Source: an uncultured Hyphomicrobiales bacterium
GTDB lineage: Bacteria; Bacteroidota; Ignavibacteria; Kapaibacteriales; UBA2268
Assembly: GCA_964462685.1 (NCBI GenBank)
Contig: CAYWYR010000016.1
Coordinates: forward strand, 14,174 to 78,173
DNA length: 64,000 nucleotides
Direction: 5' to 3'
Shown here: positions 60,164 through 64,000 of the stretch, one piece after another
Numbering within the stretch: the first letter of the stretch is position 1
Layout: each line of letters opens with the position of its first letter
The notes under the pieces: generated by a model
Databases searched by the model: none
The model's input: only the letters and a program-made list of their open reading frames with translations
Told to the model about the DNA's origin: nothing
Made by a program: the position numbers and the translations under genes

Positions 60164-60690
60164 TATTTACCTCCATTTATAAATAACTTTTTTGTTTCAT
60201 AATTATTATTGCAATCAGCACTAATAATTATTTTTTTGTTTAGTATTTGCCCTGTAAGGGCTTTTGGAATGTTTGGATTTGTTGTGTATTGTTCTAAGAT
60301 TTTTCCTGAATAGTCAGTTATCGTGATCCAAATAACTTGATCGTGTGCAAGAGTAGATTGTATGATCAAATTATTATTTTCTACAATAATACCTAATTCA
60401 TTATTATCCGAATCGTTAAAATTGCCTTCCTTATTGTAAATCCACTCTCCAATGCTCCAATAGTATGTGCCTATACGAGGTGGTAGTCCACTACTACCAT
60501 TTTTACTTAGATCAATAGAAAACCCCCATAGTAGTATCCCACCAGGTGAGTATGTTCTTGACCAACCTAGCATATCAGATGAATAGCTCGCTGTATATGT
60601 TCCATCTGAGTTGTACTTGACTGAAACATCTGAATATGATTCGACATAAAACAAAATACTTATTATTATAAGCATAATACTTTTTAGCAT
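60163..60690 (-). CDS. Hypothetical secreted protein with degenerate T9SS-like CTD (start 60690 preferred)
   Basis: AGGAGG SD before ATG 60690; signal peptide; ITITDYSGKIL...TKKLFI. Confidence 0.55.
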   Translation of the reverse strand: MLKSIMLIIISILFYVESYSDVSVKYNSDGTYTASYSSDMLGWSRTYSPGGILLWGFSIDLSKNGSSGLPPRIGTYYWSIGEWIYNKEGNFNDSDNNELGIIVENNNLIIQSTLAHDQVIWITITDYSGKILEQYTTNPNIPKALTGQILNKKIIISADCNNNYETKKLFINGGK

Positions 60691-60772
60691 AAAACCTCCT
60701 ATGCTATTGTTTAACATGGAGCAATATTTATATATAATCTAATATCAAAATTTTTGATTGGAAATATTTATT

Positions 60773-61882
60773 CTATCCTATATTATTGTACCTATATGAT
60801 ACCCTCTCTGCATGCAGCTTTATCGAAAATACTTCTACCGCTCGTTTTCTGCCTGCTTTCTGCATATCACAAATCAGATTATCTTGCCAAAGTGATTCTA
60901 TAGCAGTTGCTAATAGCTCTGGTGATTTCTCAGGTACCAGTATGCCGGTTTCGCTTGTTACCGCGTCCCTCACGCCGGATATATCGCTTGCTATTGGTAC
61001 GCAACTGCAGGCCATAGCCTCGAATATCACTCGGCCCATACCTTCATGCCCCTCGTGGGAGGGCAGAAGCAAAAAGTCGGCCGCCGCCATATAGTCCTGA
61101 ACGTTCTCCACCTGGCCTATTACTTTAACCCCATCGCCTAAAGTGGCCGCGGAGGATCTGAAATCACTTTCAGTTTCGGTATCTTTAAATTCCCCGCAGA
61201 ATAGCATTTGGTAACCGTCATCAAGCTTTTCCATAGCTTCGAGTATCTCGAATACGCCCTTATGCCTTACTATCTGCCCAACGAATATCCCTATTCTCTT
61301 AGTGGTATTAACCCTCATACCTCGCCTGATTTCAGATTTATCGCGTGGTACAAATAGCTCTGTATCAACCCCGTTGAAAATAACTTCTGTTTTATCCAGT
61401 ATATATGTGCCGAGTGGATTAAATCTCTCTTTGGCACCTTTGCTGATAGCTATGATTTTATCGGCGAGCTTTGTGATTATTTTATCTTGCCTGGTGGGGC
61501 GGGTAAGGCGTACATGCCATACCATCTTGGCTTTTGTACCGGTTGTGGCCAGACCGCAAAGCAGGGCGTCCCGTTCATAGTCTGGGTGAAGGATATCATA
61601 CCCTTCGGAGCGGATCAGTTTCCTGAGCCATAGGATATTGGCTATTATCGCTGGGTAGTATTTAGGCTTCATGGGGTGAAGCTTGCGTATGTGGCAGGTA
61701 AATCCTTTAGCTTTTAGATATTCGCTTAGCTCACCCTCCCCGTTTACCAAAAAGCATGGTTCATATTTTGAGTGATCTAAGTTTTCGGCAAGGGCGAGCA
61801 TCGATCTCTGACCGCCCATCCTATAGTGGGGGAAGTGACTGACGAACAGAATCTTTAAACGGGCTTCAGTGACCGCTTCCAT
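60773..61882 (-). CDS. Glycosyltransferase family 4
   Basis: GGQRS, VIFNGVD, KGVFEILEA and EGMGRVIFEAMAC (EX7E). Confidence 0.92.
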   Translation of the reverse strand: MEAVTEARLKILFVSHFPHYRMGGQRSMLALAENLDHSKYEPCFLVNGEGELSEYLKAKGFTCHIRKLHPMKPKYYPAIIANILWLRKLIRSEGYDILHPDYERDALLCGLATTGTKAKMVWHVRLTRPTRQDKIITKLADKIIAISKGAKERFNPLGTYILDKTEVIFNGVDTELFVPRDKSEIRRGMRVNTTKRIGIFVGQIVRHKGVFEILEAMEKLDDGYQMLFCGEFKDTETESDFRSSAATLGDGVKVIGQVENVQDYMAAADFLLLPSHEGHEGMGRVIFEAMACSCVPIASDISGVRDAVTSETGILVPEKSPELLATAIESLWQDNLICDMQKAGRKRAVEVFSIKLHAERVSYRYNNIG

Positions 61883-62793
61883 TAATCTATTATACTTTCA
61901 GAAGTCAAAGCCGGATCAATAACACGGGTTAAGCTACTGGCTGAAGATACCTGAAACCAGCCTAGTGCCGAAAGCCCCTCGCCTGATACTTTCTCAATAT
62001 TAGTAGGTACATTAACAGGCGGTGTAGCAAACAAGCCGCCGTTATTGATTTGAGTTTCAAGAATCTGCCAAAATACAAAAGCCTCTTGGCTGATTGACCA
62101 AAGCTCAACCCTGATTGTATCAAAGGGCTGGTAATAATCATATCTATCGCCGTCGGGCTGAATGCCTACTACCCGTATCGGGAATATAAACACCACATTG
62201 TCTGTTCTAGAACCAGCATTAGTGCTCGCATCATAAGCAGTATTGATGATATTATCCAAGATTGTATCGTTCTTATATGATCTGATCCAGTAGGAATCAC
62301 CAACCCCAGGCAGATCTGTTCCCCAAAATTGAGAATAATAAATCGAGTCCGGAGCGTCATCGTCTGGCGGACCAAACAAACCACTTTGGTCGTAAGAATA
62401 AGTAATAGAGTCAATAGGAGCGGTAGGACGTACCAAGGATACAGATTGATAAACCGATCCTCTCCAATCCACCCTTAAGGTATAGGTTTTTCCTACTTCG
62501 ATCATTAAAGAATCTGGCGAGGCAGTATAATCCCCATCGCTGCTATAATTAAACGGATAAACGATTCCGTCATCATCTGTTAAAGTAACGGTAGCGTCAT
62601 TAACCGATCTTTCTGAAGTATCATCAAAGTACGGGGCAGATACGCTAAGATTGATTATCTGCTCGTTATCCAGATCGCTTAGCCACGCATCAACTACCAG
62701 CTGCGGCTCGCCATCTTCAAGCTCTACATCTACCACGTCCTCGCAACTGATAAGTGCTACACTCAGAAATATATATATAAGTAGTTTTTTCAT
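61882..62793 (-). CDS. DUF4249-family lipoprotein (TBDR partner)
   Basis: Lipobox LISCEDVVDVEL, PQLVVDAW, PTNI and ALGWF. Confidence 0.85.
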   Translation of the reverse strand: MKKLLIYIFLSVALISCEDVVDVELEDGEPQLVVDAWLSDLDNEQIINLSVSAPYFDDTSERSVNDATVTLTDDDGIVYPFNYSSDGDYTASPDSLMIEVGKTYTLRVDWRGSVYQSVSLVRPTAPIDSITYSYDQSGLFGPPDDDAPDSIYYSQFWGTDLPGVGDSYWIRSYKNDTILDNIINTAYDASTNAGSRTDNVVFIFPIRVVGIQPDGDRYDYYQPFDTIRVELWSISQEAFVFWQILETQINNGGLFATPPVNVPTNIEKVSGEGLSALGWFQVSSASSLTRVIDPALTSESIID

Positions 62794-62795
62794 AA

Positions 62796-64000
62796 TCAGA
62801 ATGCAAAGTTATAAGTGATTGAAGGTACTATCGATCCGAAAACGGCAAACCTAACGGCTTCTGTTTGCCCTCTCATATCATTATTCTCTCGGAAATAGAT
62901 AGAGAAAGGGTTACGTCTGTTGTACACATTATATATCGAAAGCACCAGTTCGTCATCCCATGCATCATCTTCGCCTGCGTCCCAATCCCAAGTAAGGGAT
63001 AGATCAAGCCTGTGATACCATGGTATTCTAAAGTTATTACGATTATTCTCAAAATTATGTGGCAATACAAATCCCTGAATCTCATATCTATTTGTGGGGA
63101 ATGTAGCAGGAGTACCAGATGCAAGTGCGAAGTTAGCCGAGGCAGACCATTTTGGAGAAAAATCGTATATACCTACGGCAGATAAATTATGTGTCTGATC
63201 AAACCGGGTCGGATACCAATCATCATTTGATATACCTTCAATTAGAAGCTCTGATCGGGAAAGGGTATAACTGATCCAACCTGTGAAGTCTCCTTTAGCT
63301 TTTTTAACGTAAAACTCTATCCCGTAAGCTCTGCCTTCTCCGAATAGCAGATCGGCTGCGAGTTCTTCATTAAGCAAAAGGTCGGCTCCGTCAATATATT
63401 CTATCTGATTCCCTAATGCTTTGTAATAACCCTCCACACTGGTTTCCCACATGTTATCATCAAAGTTCTTGAAGTATCCGAGCGCTACCTGGTCGGCAAG
63501 TTGTGGCTCGATATTGTTTGTAGTCGTAGTCCATAGATCCAATGGAGTACTTGCAGCGGTGTTTGATAGCAAGTGTAAGTACTGAGCCATTCTGTTATAG
63601 CTGGCTTTAACCGAAGAGGTCTCATCCAGTATATACTTCATCGAAAGTCTGGGTTCCAAATTAAAATATGTTGCAATGGATTCGCCACCGTCAAAACTTT
63701 CACGGCCTATAACGGGCCTCGGGTTTCCTCTAGTTGTATCACCGTAATATATAGCATCGCTTGGGCCCATATAACTATAACCCGAATATCTCAGACCTGC
63801 ATTGATACTGAAAAGCTCGGTTATATCAGATTCCAGATTAAAATATACTGCACCTTCAAGTGCATGCTGTAAATCCAATGATATCGGCACTGGAATACCA
63901 TCTGAAATACCGACTGCATTACCTGGCTCAAACTTATAGTCAGTAGCTTCAAAGCCAAAGTCAGCAGTATTATTTTTATCTAAGAAGTAAGTAAATGCTC
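62796..64000 (-). CDS. TonB-dependent receptor (partial; 5' part lies outside the window)
   Basis: Frame is open to the window edge; LEPRLS, GRAYGIE, YHRLDLS, NVYNRRNPF and terminal PSITYNFAF. Confidence 0.9.
   Translation of the reverse strand, partial: AFTYFLDKNNTADFGFEATDYKFEPGNAVGISDGIPVPISLDLQHALEGAVYFNLESDITELFSINAGLRYSGYSYMGPSDAIYYGDTTRGNPRPVIGRESFDGGESIATYFNLEPRLSMKYILDETSSVKASYNRMAQYLHLLSNTAASTPLDLWTTTTNNIEPQLADQVALGYFKNFDDNMWETSVEGYYKALGNQIEYIDGADLLLNEELAADLLFGEGRAYGIEFYVKKAKGDFTGWISYTLSRSELLIEGISNDDWYPTRFDQTHNLSAVGIYDFSPKWSASANFALASGTPATFPTNRYEIQGFVLPHNFENNRNNFRIPWYHRLDLSLTWDWDAGEDDAWDDELVLSIYNVYNRRNPFSIYFRENNDMRGQTEAVRFAVFGSIVPSITYNFAF

Noticed and set aside
62796-63890. 364-aa ORF as a truncated or pseudogenised receptor
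   Set aside because: The frame stays open to the window edge, so the truncation is a window artefact.

Overview
64 kb of bacterial chromosome from an FCB-group organism. The TATATTTG (TAnnTTTG-type) promoters, PorV/PorE-like genes, T9SS-style C-terminal domains and split nuoLMN suggest an Ignavibacteria/Ca. Kapabacteria-like lineage; this placement is inference only. Most genes are housekeeping or envelope genes (clpS, nuoLMN, LPS genes, uvrD, dapB, mutS, murI, dcd, ion channels, OmpA proteins). The main find is an envelope module at 8.6-22.1 kb: an ECF sigma factor, an anti-sigma that appears to span both membranes (cytoplasmic domain, TM helix, long linker, C-terminal beta-barrel), a TonB-dependent receptor, a 1729-aa CTD-bearing protein, a dedicated PorV-like barrel and a GWxTD protein. 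One promoter motif, TGTAACC-N16/17-G(A/T)CT, occurs in front of the sigma gene, the receptor operon and the GWxTD gene. Other non-coding signals: a terminator-bounded candidate sRNA with repeated GGA hairpins upstream of uvrD, a probable 6S RNA, 111-bp direct repeats flanking a hicBA toxin-antitoxin pair, and operator palindromes for MarR and a DtxR/MntR regulator. No rRNA, tRNA, CRISPR array, transposase or prophage was seen. All product calls come from motif recognition by eye, not from database searches.
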